From Eubacteriales bacterium (GTDB lineage: Bacteria; Bacillota; Clostridia; Oscillospirales; CAG-272): 60,522 nucleotides of DNA. Below the pieces are notes generated by a model. It searched no databases and was not told where the DNA came from. It saw only the letters and a list, made by a program, of their open reading frames with translations. This document shows, in pieces, positions 50,893-60,522 of this stretch (within the stretch, counting starts at the first letter, position 1; every line of letters starts with the position of its first letter). A program made the translations under genes and the position numbers. The stretch covers positions 1-60,522 of the forward strand of contig JAZOLJ010000008.1 in the NCBI GenBank assembly GCA_045652845.1, in the 5' to 3' direction.

Positions 50893-53800
50893 TCAATACT
50901 TCGGCTTGCGCTGATTTTCAGGGAGATACTTTCTCAAGTAATCCTGCAGCACGGTGGGATAACGGCTAAATCTGTTCTTCTGCATAATAGCCGCATAGCA
51001 ATATACGCGTCCGTTTTCCTCCACAGGCATGGTATTAACATCCTTAAGTGCATTCGATACGATCTTACGAATGTTGCCGCTAATACCTGCAGAAACGTGG
51101 CTTGCATAGTAGTAGGTTTCAGTGCCATCGTCAGCCGTTACCTTAGCAAATGCAATACCGCTTATGGAGCGTGTATAGTTGCTTTCCTTCAAGTTGATCA
51201 GTGCCGCGCGGAAGGTGATCGAGCCATCTGCCTCGATTACAATACCGTTCACAGCGTTTACAATGGTATAAACCGTACCTTCGGGTCTGCCGTTGTCAAG
51301 CGCATATGCCTTCAGCTCTGCCAAAAAGTCAGTGTCGCCTTGCCAACCGTCGCTACCCATATACTCGGTCGGGAAGATGAGCGTGCCGTAAGTAACGGTA
51401 CCAAGGCTCTTAAGGTATTCTGCCACCTCCGCAGAAACGGATGCGGTATATACGATGCCCTCAGAGCCCAAAACGGGACGAAGCGTGGGCGCAACCGTCA
51501 TATTCGGCGCATAACGGTGATAGTAGCCAAAGCACCTGTAATAGGGCTCGCCATCCAGCTCTGCACGGATGTAGTTATCCATAGAAAAGGACTTGCTGTT
51601 ATCATCGTAATCGTAGTAGAAGTTATCCTTCAGCTCCAGTGTGTACAGCTCGAAGGGACCCGTAAAGCTAACCGTTCCTCTCTTGTTCATCTTGAGGAAG
51701 GACTGATCGCTGCCGCGTCGCTTATCAATAAAGGTGCCGCCCTGAATCTCAACCGAAGCAGCCGCCTTGCCAACCACGTAAAGCATTGCGTTGTCAACGC
51801 CGCCGCCAAGTCTGTCCTCGAAGGTAAAGGTACCGTTCTTGATCACCAGAGGCGTTAAGGTACTGTCAATAAAGAACATACGTGCTGCCGCAGAGGAGAA
51901 GTTACCGCCCTCAATGACAAACTGCGTGCCCATACCCTCAGCAATCAACATACGGGACTCAGCCGAGGTAAAGGTACCATCCTTGATGATAAACTTGTAT
52001 TCCTTTGCAGCGGAGCCCATGTAGAAGACCGTAGCGGACTCGGTTGCATTAAAGGTACCGCCCTCAATAATGATTTCAGAATTGTAGGGTTTCTCGTCGT
52101 GCTTCTCCTGCGTGGTTTCTAAATAGAATATGCTACAAGAACCAATACCGGTAAACGTACCGCCCTTGATCACCAAATTGCCCCTAAAGGCGTTGGGTAC
52201 CGCGAACATACGGTATGCGGATTTCATCTCAGCGCCGGGGTAAACGGTTACGTTACCGGCAACCAGATAGAACAACATGAAGGGATGGGAAGTTTCCGTC
52301 TCAAAGCTACCGCCTTTAATATCCAGCACAGCGCCCACGGCATTGACGCAAATTCCTGCCGAGGTGTAGTTCTTTGCCTTGCCTTTCTCCATATCCGCAC
52401 CGGCACCGTCTGACAAGCCGCTGAAGACGGGGCTTGTTTGTACGGTATCGCCGTTCTCGTTGACATACGAGCCATTGTCAATGGTAATGATCGTCGGCTT
52501 AGTTACATAGATCCAGCGGTCACCCATGTTAAAGGTACCACCAAAAATATTAACGGTCTGCGTGCCGCCCGATGCGGTGGCAGCAACCAGAATGCTTGCA
52601 GTGTAGTTGTTACCCGTAAAGGTACCGCCGTAAATGTTAAACACTGCCTTGTCGTGGCCGATGTGAAGCATGTAGGAATCGTCTATTGAAAGGGAGTTGC
52701 TGATGAATTTACCGCCGTAGATGTTGAGCGTGCCTCCAACCTTGGTGTACGCAATGATACGGGCAGCGCGGAACGTGCCGCCGGTAATATCGATATTGAC
52801 GGTATAGCCGTCGCCGCCGGCTACATAGAAAACGATCGTGTCGTTTTGCAGCTGCTGATCGGCGTCGTATACATCACCGCGGGTAATAAGGAACTCGCCG
52901 CCGCTGATCTTAACGGTAATATTACCATTGGGCACAAGCATCATGCGACCGGTGTAATCCTTCATCGAGAAGCTTCCGCCGGAAATGTTCCAGGTAGCGG
53001 AGCCTGCTTTGGCGGTATTACTGAAAATACCGTACTTCGTGTGAAGAGTGGGAGCAGCAAAGACAGGGATTGCGATCACGTTACCGTCGTTATCGTACGT
53101 ATTGGCGATGTTGATATTAATGTACTCGCTGGCGTAAATCCAGTAGCAACCGCCGGTAAAGGTGCCTCCAAAGAACTCCCACGTGCCGCCGCCCTGACCC
53201 TTAAGGCCAAAGATCGCATTGCCCAAGCCACCGTCAAAGTCACCGCCGTAAACGGTAAAGGGAGCTGTGCCACGCATGTGGAAAAGATCACACAAGCTGT
53301 CAACTATAGGAGTTACACCGTCCTCACCGTAATGCTCGGGTCTAAGATTTTCTGCAACATAGTTGCTCTTAAACGTACCGTTATAGATCTCGATCGCTGC
53401 GTTTGAGAGATAATCCATCAGGATACGGGTTGCTTCATAGTAACCGTTAAGGATTACAAGCTTGCTGTTATTCTTAGCCCCACCCTCAAGGTAGAACAGC
53501 GGGCTGGTGTAATCAAGAGAATCGATCACGGGGGTAAGCACGCCGCCGATATACTCGCCCTTGATAAAGCTGCCGTTGTAGATGATTACGTTAAACGCGC
53601 CCTTTGCATTGTTCAGCTGCAGCACGTTGCCGCCAACCCCTACCACAAACTGCGGTTTTACGGTAGCATCAGTTGCGTTACCGATCCGAACCTCAGTGGC
53701 AGCGCCACTCAAATTGAAGATATCACCGCCTGATACAATGTAGGTACCGTCCATGATAACGAGATTGGTAACGCCGCTGAGCTTGAGGAAGTCACCGCCA

Positions 53801-56800
53801 TGGAACTCCCATGTGCCGCCCGTAATGGTGATGGTGAAAGCGCCCTTGAGGATCAAGGAATAAGTACCGGCTTCTTCAAAGCTGATTGCATCACCAAAGT
53901 ACTCCTTGATCAGGTGCTGCTGATCCTCAGGCGTGCTCCAGATCTCGTTTTTCGTAAGAGGAATCTCAGCACCCAGTCTTGCACTGCCGTTTACCGTGTA
54001 GGTTACCCTCGAGAGGAGTGCGAGCGCATTTGCCTTTGCAAGCGTGGTTTCAAGAATGCTTGCACCCTCCTCCACTCTCGTGGCAAGATCCACGGTAATG
54101 TTAAGGTGACTGGAGGTAATAGCACCGACAAGGTCAAAGAGCCTAGCACCCGCGCCCCTTGCGGTATAGGTGCCGCCGCCAACAGTGATCTTGGAGTCGG
54201 TGGTAACGTAGAACAAGGAACCGTCAAAGATACCGCCGTTGATATTCCACGTGCCCTTGGAGGCATAAAGAATATACTCATTCGAAACGCCGCCCACAAA
54301 GGTGCCTGCGTTGATGGTAATTCTTGCATCAGCATGAGTAGATGCAATGTAGTAATTGCCGTCGCCATAGCCCTCGGTATCGGTAAATACGGGGCTCTTT
54401 GCAGGGTCTGCATTGGCATTGATCACAAGCGTGGTCTCAGTGTCAGTGAAGAACCAACCTGCACCGCCGTTAAAGCTACCGCCGTTGATGGTGGTGCTGG
54501 CACCGGTGCTTGGTGCGATAATAAAGTTACCCTGCTTGTTGTCAAAGCTACCGCCGTTGATGACAAGGACCGCGCCCGTGCCATACGGAACAAGCATATG
54601 TGCGTTGGTAGCACGTGCGGTAACGGTCTCACCGTCCACGATCTGGTTGCTGACAAAGGTACCGCCGTTGATGGTTGCCGTTGCCGTGACGTTGTTGATC
54701 AGCAGCACACGGGAAGCCTCAAAATAGCCGCCCTCAATCGTAACGGTTGCAGAAGCGCCCCCATCAAGGAGGAAGAGCACGTCATTTTGATCGTTCGCCG
54801 TGTCGGGAGTGATCTCAACGAAGCGACCGTTTGTGATGGTGACCGCAAGGTTGCTTGCGTTCTTTGCCCAAATAATGTAATCCTCGGCATACATACCGTT
54901 GTCGGCGTTATCGGGAAGATTGATAGAAACGGTTACGTTATCACCGACAACCTGAATGATATCACCGAGATCGTTGGTAAACTTGCCGCCCGTGATCTCA
55001 AGGTCACCTGCGGTGATCTTAAACATGAAGGGAACCGAAGCCTCATATACGCCATTGGTGATAACCAGCTTGGCATCTGCATTGTTCAGGTGAAGCGGGA
55101 TCCAAGTCTTAACGTCAACCGTCATGTTGGGGAACTTGGGAGAAAGGATCTCGGTTACGTATGCCGTGATATCTGCAAAAGAGGAAATTGTATATTCCTT
55201 TGCCGCGTTCAGAATGAGCTCAGACAGACCGTTGATCTTAAGTGCTTCTGCAGTAACGTCAAAGGCTACCTGCAACGGCACGCTACCGAATTGGGCGACC
55301 TGCATGTTGGCATTGGTAACCGTAATGCCCGAACCGGTCACGCCATCGGCAATACGGATCATGTAGCTAAACGTGCCCTTGATATTGTAAAAGCCACCGG
55401 TAATATTCAGGACTGCGTTATCGGAAAGCACCTCAAAAATGCTTTCACCTGCGCCCGCAGAAAAGCTGCCGCCGATCACGTTCAGCGTACCCTTTGTAAC
55501 CCTGATCAGATATTCCATATCATAGTTATCGGTAAAGCCTTCAAGCGTAACAACCACGCCCTCACCGTTGATATTAAATGGAACAAAGCCGGAGGCACAG
55601 ATAGCATTTCCCTGTGCGGTAAAGCTTGCAAACTGATTCTGCATCAGCCTATAAACGTCGCTAATGCTGGAAATCACGTAGCCCTTACCACCGTTATCCT
55701 CGCCCGCATAGGGGCGAGAAACCGTGAAGGGGTTTTTCACGTAGTACTTACCGCTAACGACCAGCTTAAGACCGCTTGCGTCGATATGCTTATAAATGGG
55801 AAGATATGCGCCGTAGGAAATGTTTACCGTTGCACCGGTCACCACACACGTGGTGCCCTCAACGTCAAATATCTCGTCGGGCAGAAGTCTTGCCTCCTCG
55901 CCCGAAATGAAGAACGTACCGCCCGTGATCTCAAGCTTTTTAACACTGCCCTCGGCGATGTTAAAGATAATGTTTTCTTCATCAAGCGTATTGAAGGTAC
56001 CGCCGCTGATCTCAATCTCGGCATTCGCATTCGCCGGAATGAGGAATGCGGAGGCAGAACAGTGAGTGGTGCCATCAGCACTTTCAGATCTGCCAAGATT
56101 GATGACGGGACCAACTCCATCCTCGTTTGTGCCCACTTTAAATTTGGCACCGCTTACACCGCTTGCGATAGATACAAACGCCTCATTATTCGACGTGCCA
56201 ACGGTGCGCTCGGTAAAGGTGCCGCCCGTAACGTTGATCTCACAAGCACCCTCGAGTGTAAAGCAGGTCATGTAATTGTTAAAATCGCCGCCCGAAATAT
56301 TTATCACAGAACCGGCGCCTGCGCTTCGAACGAACAGCAAGAGGCTATTGACCTGCTCGCCGTTGTAGACAGGATTGAAGCTACCGCCGCTGATATTCAG
56401 CGTAGCCGTTTTATATATGCGGACGTTTCTGTAGGAATAGATCTCGGTGGTGCCCGAAATGTTCAGCACAGCGCCTGCCGCATTCAGCTTGATGGCCTCT
56501 TGAGAGGTGCCACCGTAGAAGGAGCCACCCGTGATATTGAAGTCGGTGATCGCAGCTGCAACGTTTACACAGTACGCAATGGTGCGCTTGACATTATCGG
56601 TGCTGCCAAACGAACCGCCACTGATATTGATATGAGCGTCTTCGGCGTTTGCGGAAACGAGAAGCGCTATATACTTTGTGTTCCCATCCACCGTGATGCA
56701 GAAATCAGCGTCGCCGGAAACCGCAAGCTTTACTGCACCATCCACGTACAGCAGCGTTGCCAAGCCCCCAACAACAGTGCCACAGGGCACGCTCGCACCG

Positions 56801-58542
56801 AGCTTAAACTTACCGCCGGAAATTGCAGCCTCGCCCGCAGTCATCCACACGGCGCGGGACATGTTTACAAAGGTACCGCCGGTTACGTTCAGCTTCGCGC
56901 TCTCATGGTTGACGTGCAGCGTAATGGAATCCTTGCTCTCGTCAACGGGAGCAAAGCTACCGTCGGTAATGGTAACGGTAACAACGCCCTCTGCCTTTAC
57001 TACGCCAAATGCAGCAAAGCTACCGCCCGTGATATTGATCGCACTCTCCTCTGCTGCGGTAGAATGCAGAATGTAAGCCTCGGGAAGGTCAGCGCCCTTA
57101 AAGGTGCCGCCGCTGATATTTACGGTGCCGCCCTGATGGTCGATCACGCAGCCCTCGGAAAGCAGCTCGTAGGTGCCGCCCGTGATATTCAGCGTGCCTG
57201 CCTTAACCTCTACTAAGGAGGTGTTCAGTGCCAATTCAACCGTGGAAATATTCAAAACAGCATCCGCGCCGTTGAGTATAATCGGAACCCAGCAATCCAG
57301 CTCAGCACCAACCGCAAGATTGGGGAAGCGCGCGGCGTTTGCGGCGATAAAGCCCGCTTTTGCCAGCGCTGTGTTGTCTGCCAGCGAGGTGATGGTGTGC
57401 TCACCCGCGGTGATCTCGCAGGGGTCGGCAATCGAGGTAACGGTGAGCGAAAGCTTCGTCCAATCAAAGCCCTTTTGCGTTTCCGTCTTATCGAGAATTT
57501 CAGCAGGCATTGAGGCGCCGTCCTCTACAAACACGGAGCCCGCGGTGCTGGTAATGGTTACCTTTACGGCAGAAGCAGCATGCAAAAGAGCCTTCGCGCC
57601 AACGAGATGCAGCTCCGCGCCGTTTATCTCCATGGTTGCATCCGCATGGAAGCCGCCGAACATCGTGCTGTTGTTTGCATAGATCTTGGTGCCTGCCAGC
57701 AGTGCGATCGCATGCTTGGTGTTAAGACCTGCAAAAACGCCCTTGGTATCACCCGAGGTGATCGTTGCGTTGCTGATCGTGATAGTAGAGCTGCCCGCCG
57801 CAGTTGCATAAAACATTGAGTTAACAGAAGAGCCCGTTAGCGTGCCGCCCGTTACGTTCAAGGTGATGGGAGCCAGTATATGTGCAATGTACTTGTCGGA
57901 GGTAAACTGACCGCCCGAAACGGTTACAGCGGAATTCGCACTCTTGGTGGCAAAGGCCTTGATCACACTGTTTGTGCCGCCGCTGATGCTTGTGCTCGTA
58001 CCCGATACGGTAACGGTTGCCACAGCATTAAGAGATACGGTATCGGTAACGACTGCACTCGTTACAAAATCGTTCAGTGTCAATTCGCACGCGCCGCTAA
58101 CGTACGCCACGGCTGCGGGAGCTGACGTGATCGCAGCGGTGTCATACGCAACGGTGAGCTTATCAAGCGTAACCTTGCCTGCCGCCACGTTGAACAGCAC
58201 CTTGTTGGTGCCTGCCGCCGCGGTTGCGTTAAAGGTAATGGTTGCACCCTGTGCGCCGCCCGTGATGGTGTAGGTAAATGCCCGATCAAGCACAACACCC
58301 GACTCTGTCACATTGACAAGAACCGTGATGGTGTACCCATCGGCATCGACCGCACCGACTGCAGCTGCCAAAGTGGTATAATACTTCGGCGTGGCAGCAT
58401 CGGCTGCACTGACGACCTCGTAGTAGTGCCCTTCCTCACGCACGTCGGCGCCGTCGGTAGCCGCAGAGGCTGCCAGTGCCGTCATCATGACCAGGATCAT
58501 GATCAGTGCCGCGAAGAGAACCAAACGCAGTTGTTTCTTCAT
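50893..58542 (-). CDS. Giant secreted repeat protein (2549 aa) built from [INV]-[ITSV]-G-G-x-[FY] beta-helix-like units
   Basis: Start at MKKQLRLVLFAALIMILVMMTALAASA (signal peptide; AAGGAG RBS; consensus promoter upstream). There are dozens of NISGGTF / NITGGSF / ISGGKF / IEGGTF units. The non-repetitive C-terminal domain of about 330 aa shows no LPXTG, SLH or choline-binding motif. Confidence 0.8.
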   Translation of the reverse strand: MKKQLRLVLFAALIMILVMMTALAASAATDGADVREEGHYYEVVSAADAATPKYYTTLAAAVGAVDADGYTITVLVNVTESGVVLDRAFTYTITGGAQGATITFNATAAAGTNKVLFNVAAGKVTLDKLTVAYDTAAITSAPAAVAYVSGACELTLNDFVTSAVVTDTVSLNAVATVTVSGTSTSISGGTNSVIKAFATKSANSAVTVSGGQFTSDKYIAHILAPITLNVTGGTLTGSSVNSMFYATAAGSSTITISNATITSGDTKGVFAGLNTKHAIALLAGTKIYANNSTMFGGFHADATMEINGAELHLVGAKALLHAASAVKVTITSTAGSVFVEDGASMPAEILDKTETQKGFDWTKLSLTVTSIADPCEITAGEHTITSLADNTALAKAGFIAANAARFPNLAVGAELDCWVPIILNGADAVLNISTVELALNTSLVEVKAGTLNITGGTYELLSEGCVIDHQGGTVNISGGTFKGADLPEAYILHSTAAEESAINITGGSFAAFGVVKAEGVVTVTITDGSFAPVDESKDSITLHVNHESAKLNVTGGTFVNMSRAVWMTAGEAAISGGKFKLGASVPCGTVVGGLATLLYVDGAVKLAVSGDADFCITVDGNTKYIALLVSANAEDAHINISGGSFGSTDNVKRTIAYCVNVAAAITDFNITGGSFYGGTSQEAIKLNAAGAVLNISGTTEIYSYRNVRIYKTATLNISGGSFNPVYNGEQVNSLLLFVRSAGAGSVINISGGDFNNYMTCFTLEGACEINVTGGTFTERTVGTSNNEAFVSIASGVSGAKFKVGTNEDGVGPVINLGRSESADGTTHCSASAFLIPANANAEIEISGGTFNTLDEENIIFNIAEGSVKKLEITGGTFFISGEEARLLPDEIFDVEGTTCVVTGATVNISYGAYLPIYKHIDASGLKLVVSGKYYVKNPFTVSRPYAGEDNGGKGYVISSISDVYRLMQNQFASFTAQGNAICASGFVPFNINGEGVVVTLEGFTDNYDMEYLIRVTKGTLNVIGGSFSAGAGESIFEVLSDNAVLNITGGFYNIKGTFSYMIRIADGVTGSGITVTNANMQVAQFGSVPLQVAFDVTAEALKINGLSELILNAAKEYTISSFADITAYVTEILSPKFPNMTVDVKTWIPLHLNNADAKLVITNGVYEASVPFMFKITAGDLEITGGKFTNDLGDIIQVVGDNVTVSINLPDNADNGMYAEDYIIWAKNASNLAVTITNGRFVEITPDTANDQNDVLFLLDGGASATVTIEGGYFEASRVLLINNVTATATINGGTFVSNQIVDGETVTARATNAHMLVPYGTGAVLVINGGSFDNKQGNFIIAPSTGASTTINGGSFNGGAGWFFTDTETTLVINANADPAKSPVFTDTEGYGDGNYYIASTHADARITINAGTFVGGVSNEYILYASKGTWNINGGIFDGSLFYVTTDSKITVGGGTYTARGAGARLFDLVGAITSSHLNITVDLATRVEEGASILETTLAKANALALLSRVTYTVNGSARLGAEIPLTKNEIWSTPEDQQHLIKEYFGDAISFEEAGTYSLILKGAFTITITGGTWEFHGGDFLKLSGVTNLVIMDGTYIVSGGDIFNLSGAATEVRIGNATDATVKPQFVVGVGGNVLQLNNAKGAFNVIIYNGSFIKGEYIGGVLTPVIDSLDYTSPLFYLEGGAKNNSKLVILNGYYEATRILMDYLSNAAIEIYNGTFKSNYVAENLRPEHYGEDGVTPIVDSLCDLFHMRGTAPFTVYGGDFDGGLGNAIFGLKGQGGGTWEFFGGTFTGGCYWIYASEYININIANTYDNDGNVIAIPVFAAPTLHTKYGIFSNTAKAGSATWNISGGSFSMKDYTGRMMLVPNGNITVKISGGEFLITRGDVYDADQQLQNDTIVFYVAGGDGYTVNIDITGGTFRAARIIAYTKVGGTLNIYGGKFISNSLSIDDSYMLHIGHDKAVFNIYGGTFTGNNYTASILVAATASGGTQTVNIFGGTFNMGDRWIYVTKPTIITIDNGSYVNENGDTVQTSPVFSGLSDGAGADMEKGKAKNYTSAGICVNAVGAVLDIKGGSFETETSHPFMLFYLVAGNVTVYPGAEMKSAYRMFAVPNAFRGNLVIKGGTFTGIGSCSIFYLETTQEKHDEKPYNSEIIIEGGTFNATESATVFYMGSAAKEYKFIIKDGTFTSAESRMLIAEGMGTQFVIEGGNFSSAAARMFFIDSTLTPLVIKNGTFTFEDRLGGGVDNAMLYVVGKAAASVEIQGGTFIDKRRGSDQSFLKMNKRGTVSFTGPFELYTLELKDNFYYDYDDNSKSFSMDNYIRAELDGEPYYRCFGYYHRYAPNMTVAPTLRPVLGSEGIVYTASVSAEVAEYLKSLGTVTYGTLIFPTEYMGSDGWQGDTDFLAELKAYALDNGRPEGTVYTIVNAVNGIVIEADGSITFRAALINLKESNYTRSISGIAFAKVTADDGTETYYYASHVSAGISGNIRKIVSNALKDVNTMPVEENGRVYCYAAIMQKNRFSRYPTVLQDYLRKYLPENQRKPKY

Positions 58543-58633
58543 AGGATTTATCTCCTTTTCCTTGTATTGCGGATCGCTCCGCTTGTATCGGTATGTGAAC
58601 GCACGGTGCACATACCAAAATAGATACAATCAT

Positions 58634-58662
58634 ATTATATATGATTTCCAAAAATCAGTCAA
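58634..58662 (-). promoter_or_regulatory. Consensus SigA promoter of the giant gene
   Basis: On the minus strand: TTGACT (58662-58657), 17 nt, TATAAT (58639-58634). It implies a leader of about 85 nt. Confidence 0.7.
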
Positions 58663-58789
58663 TCCTTTTTCCTTATTTTCGCGATTTTAAACAAAATTGG
58701 CGCCGCCAAATCATACAGATTGACACAGAAAAAAGGTGTTTTAAGCGCATATCAGGCGCGACACGCCCAAAGCCCTACGGCAACGGGGC

Positions 58790-58828
58790 AAAAATAAGAA
58801 AAAGACCGCACGAATGCGGTCTTTTTTT
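58790..58828. terminator. Terminator downstream of rnhA (bidirectional)
   Basis: gaccgca-cgaa-tgcggtc flanked by A- and T-runs. Confidence 0.75.
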
Positions 58829-58830
58829 CG

Positions 58831-59304
58831 TTATTTCTCAGGGGTCAAGAGCTCGCCGCCAGCCGTTTGAGGAAAGCTGTCCGCAAAGGCGGTGGCAAGC
58901 TTATCGCATCGCTCGTTAAAGGGATGCCCGTCATGCCCGCGCACCCACACAAAGGTCACACTGTGCTTTTTAAGAAGCCCCAGCAGCTGCTCCCACAAAT
59001 CCACGTTCAGGGCAGGGCTTTTATCCGCCTTGCGCCAGCCGCGCGCACGCCAGCCCTGCGCCCAACCGTTGTTTACTGCCTCCACCACGTAGCGGGAATC
59101 CGAGGTCAGTGTAACCTCGCAGGGCTCACGCAGTGCAGAAAGCGCAGCAATCACGCCGCAAAGCTCCATGCGGTTGTTTGTGGTATGGGGCTCGCCCCCC
59201 GAAAGCTCCTTTTCGTGAGACCCATATACGAGAATTGCGCCCCAACCGCCGCGCCCCGGGTTTCCCCTGCAGGCACCGTCTGTATAAATATCTACGTGCT
59301 TCAT
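58831..59304 (-). CDS. rnhA: Ribonuclease HI
   Basis: 157 aa from [38 protein letters not shown] and GH.G...NE.CD motifs are present. ATGA overlap with the upstream regulator. Confidence 0.9.
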   Translation of the reverse strand: MKHVDIYTDGACRGNPGRGGWGAILVYGSHEKELSGGEPHTTNNRMELCGVIAALSALREPCEVTLTSDSRYVVEAVNNGWAQGWRARGWRKADKSPALNVDLWEQLLGLLKKHSVTFVWVRGHDGHPFNERCDKLATAFADSFPQTAGGELLTPEK

Positions 59305-59678
59305 TCTTGCCCCTTCACCCTTGCAATATACGCCTTCAAGCACGCAACCGTTTCCTCACTCAGATCGTGCTCGATCTTACAGGCATCCTCAAGCGCGGTG
59401 TCGCGCGAAACGCCAAGGGTCATCAGTGCCTCGGCAACAAGGCAGTGTCGCTCGTACATGCGCTCCGCCACGGCAAGGCCTGCCGCGGTCAGCGAAAGCC
59501 CACCGCACTCGGTTACGGTCACAAAGCCGTTTTCGCGCAACTCACGCAGCATCACACTGACAGTAGGGCGGGAAAACCCAAGCGCCGCGCAAATATCCAC
59601 TGCGCGCACCTTATCCTTTTGCTTTGAAAGAATCAAGATCTGCTCAAGATAGTTCTCTCCCGATTCATGGATCGCCAT
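59301..59678 (-). CDS. DtxR/MntR family metal-dependent transcriptional regulator (short form)
   Basis: 125 aa. [13 protein letters not shown]...[30 protein letters not shown] is the DtxR-type winged HTH. Confidence 0.75.
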   Translation of the reverse strand: MAIHESGENYLEQILILSKQKDKVRAVDICAALGFSRPTVSVMLRELRENGFVTVTECGGLSLTAAGLAVAERMYERHCLVAEALMTLGVSRDTALEDACKIEHDLSEETVACLKAYIARVKGQE

Positions 59679-59700
59679 GCGTTTTCCCTCCCTTCTACTT

Positions 59701-60522
59701 TTAGTCCTCCTCGTCCTCGTCCTTCGGCAAGGGGTTTACAAAGAGCGTAAGCTTCGTCACGCGCTCCTCGTCCATAGCCGAAACGATAACAAAAAGGTTT
59801 TCATAACTAAAGCTGTCGCCCACGTGCGGATTTGCCTCCAGCATTTCAACCGCCCAGCCACCCATGGTGGTGTATTCGCAGCTGAAGCTCTCGGGGCACT
59901 TGAAGTCCACCTCATAGAAGCAGTCATCAATATTCATTTCACCCGAAACCTCATAGGTGTTTTCACCCGTCGGGTAGCATTCGGTCACGATCACGTCGGT
60001 ATCGTCCCAAATATCGCCCACAAGCTCCTCAAGAATATCCTCCATCGTGACCACACCAAGCGTGCCGCCAAATTCGTCAATCACGATGGCAAGGTGCATC
60101 TTTTGCTCGCGTAAGCGCGCAAGAGCTGCAGGCAGCTTCATGGTTTTGTGAAGCTTGCAGGGCTTCAGCAGAAGCGAACGGATATCGGGGGCTTCCTCAT
60201 CCATTGCCGCCTTGTAGTAGCGGTTCAGCGACAAAATACCGATAATGTTGTCTACGCTGTTTTCATACACGGGAATACGCGAAAACTGTGCCGTATCCGC
60301 CAAAAGCGCACGGATGGTTTCGTTATCCTCGATGTCAAATGCGGTCATGTTGATACGGGGCGTCATGATCTTTTCTACGGTAATATCGTGAAACTCAAGT
60401 GCCGATTGCAGCAGCTCGCCCTGCTCCTCGTCGATCACGCCCTCCTCCTCAACGGTTTCAATAATGGAGGAAAGCTCCTCCTCCGTCACGGTCGGGTCGG
60501 TATCGGCGCGGTCCTTGCCCCA
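59701..60522 (-). CDS. HlyC/CorC family transporter, C-terminal part (CBS pair + CorC_HlyC domain); 5' end outside window
   Basis: The frame stays open to the window edge. The CBS region reads IMTPRINMTAFDIEDN...RIPVYENSVDNIIGIL, followed by the CorC C-terminal domain. Confidence 0.8.
   Translation of the reverse strand, partial: WGKDRADTDPTVTEEELSSIIETVEEEGVIDEEQGELLQSALEFHDITVEKIMTPRINMTAFDIEDNETIRALLADTAQFSRIPVYENSVDNIIGILSLNRYYKAAMDEEAPDIRSLLLKPCKLHKTMKLPAALARLREQKMHLAIVIDEFGGTLGVVTMEDILEELVGDIWDDTDVIVTECYPTGENTYEVSGEMNIDDCFYEVDFKCPESFSCEYTTMGGWAVEMLEANPHVGDSFSYENLFVIVSAMDEERVTKLTLFVNPLPKDEDEED

Noticed and set aside
53800-57216. 1138-aa ORF on the + strand, and similarly 41404..44325 (973 aa), 32639..33934, 34100..35305, 35381..36679, 51097..51858, 1871..2854, 9057..9941, 17134..17922 and 37329..38144
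   Set aside because: All lie antisense to genes with clear homology or signal peptides, RBSs and promoters. Their translations are low-complexity and rich in R, G, C, H and V, with no motifs and no RBS. Stop-free antisense frames are expected for GC-biased or repeat-rich coding DNA. The very long ones inside the giant repeat genes are striking, but I see no independent support.

Overview
This is a 60.5-kb chromosomal window from a GC-rich (about 55-60% by eye, not computed) endospore-forming Firmicute, probably Clostridia. The evidence is spoIIR, spoVAD-spoVAEB and an M50 site-2 protease. Almost every long ORF that runs antisense to a called gene is a GC/codon-bias artefact.

Housekeeping content: a 5-FCL fragment, a CPBP protease, spoIIR, a ThyX-fold gene coupled to dxs, pnuC, an AraC regulator with an FAD-oxidoreductase/DgoK-like pair, tRNA-Leu(GAG), gluQ, a ComEC-type MBL hydrolase, potABCD, mglBAC, nadE, a DtxR-like regulator coupled to rnhA, and a CorC fragment.

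Accessory content worth a second look:
1. A 9.3-kb phage-derived island (21589-30911). It has an XRE/ImmA switch, four operator-like inverted repeats and a complete-looking packaging/head module (TerS-like, TerL, portal, Prp protease, scaffold, N4-gp56-type capsid). It has no tail, endolysin, integrase or replication genes, and it sits where spoVAC is normally found.
2. A 13.2-kb single-strand operon (31037-44289). It encodes two complete ABC permease pairs, a 1159-aa binding protein with CBM-like domains, a 1185-aa secreted protein and an NHL-propeller/TPR/Yip1 membrane fusion. It has no ATPase and no recognisable glycoside hydrolase.
3. A 2549-aa secreted protein made of dozens of GGxF beta-helix-like repeats.
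4. An insertion hotspot next to tRNA-Leu (8757-13063). It has nested direct repeats, including two 153-bp near-identical hairpin-rich elements, and a low-GC islet with no integrase.

All functional calls come from motif recognition by eye. No database search was run.
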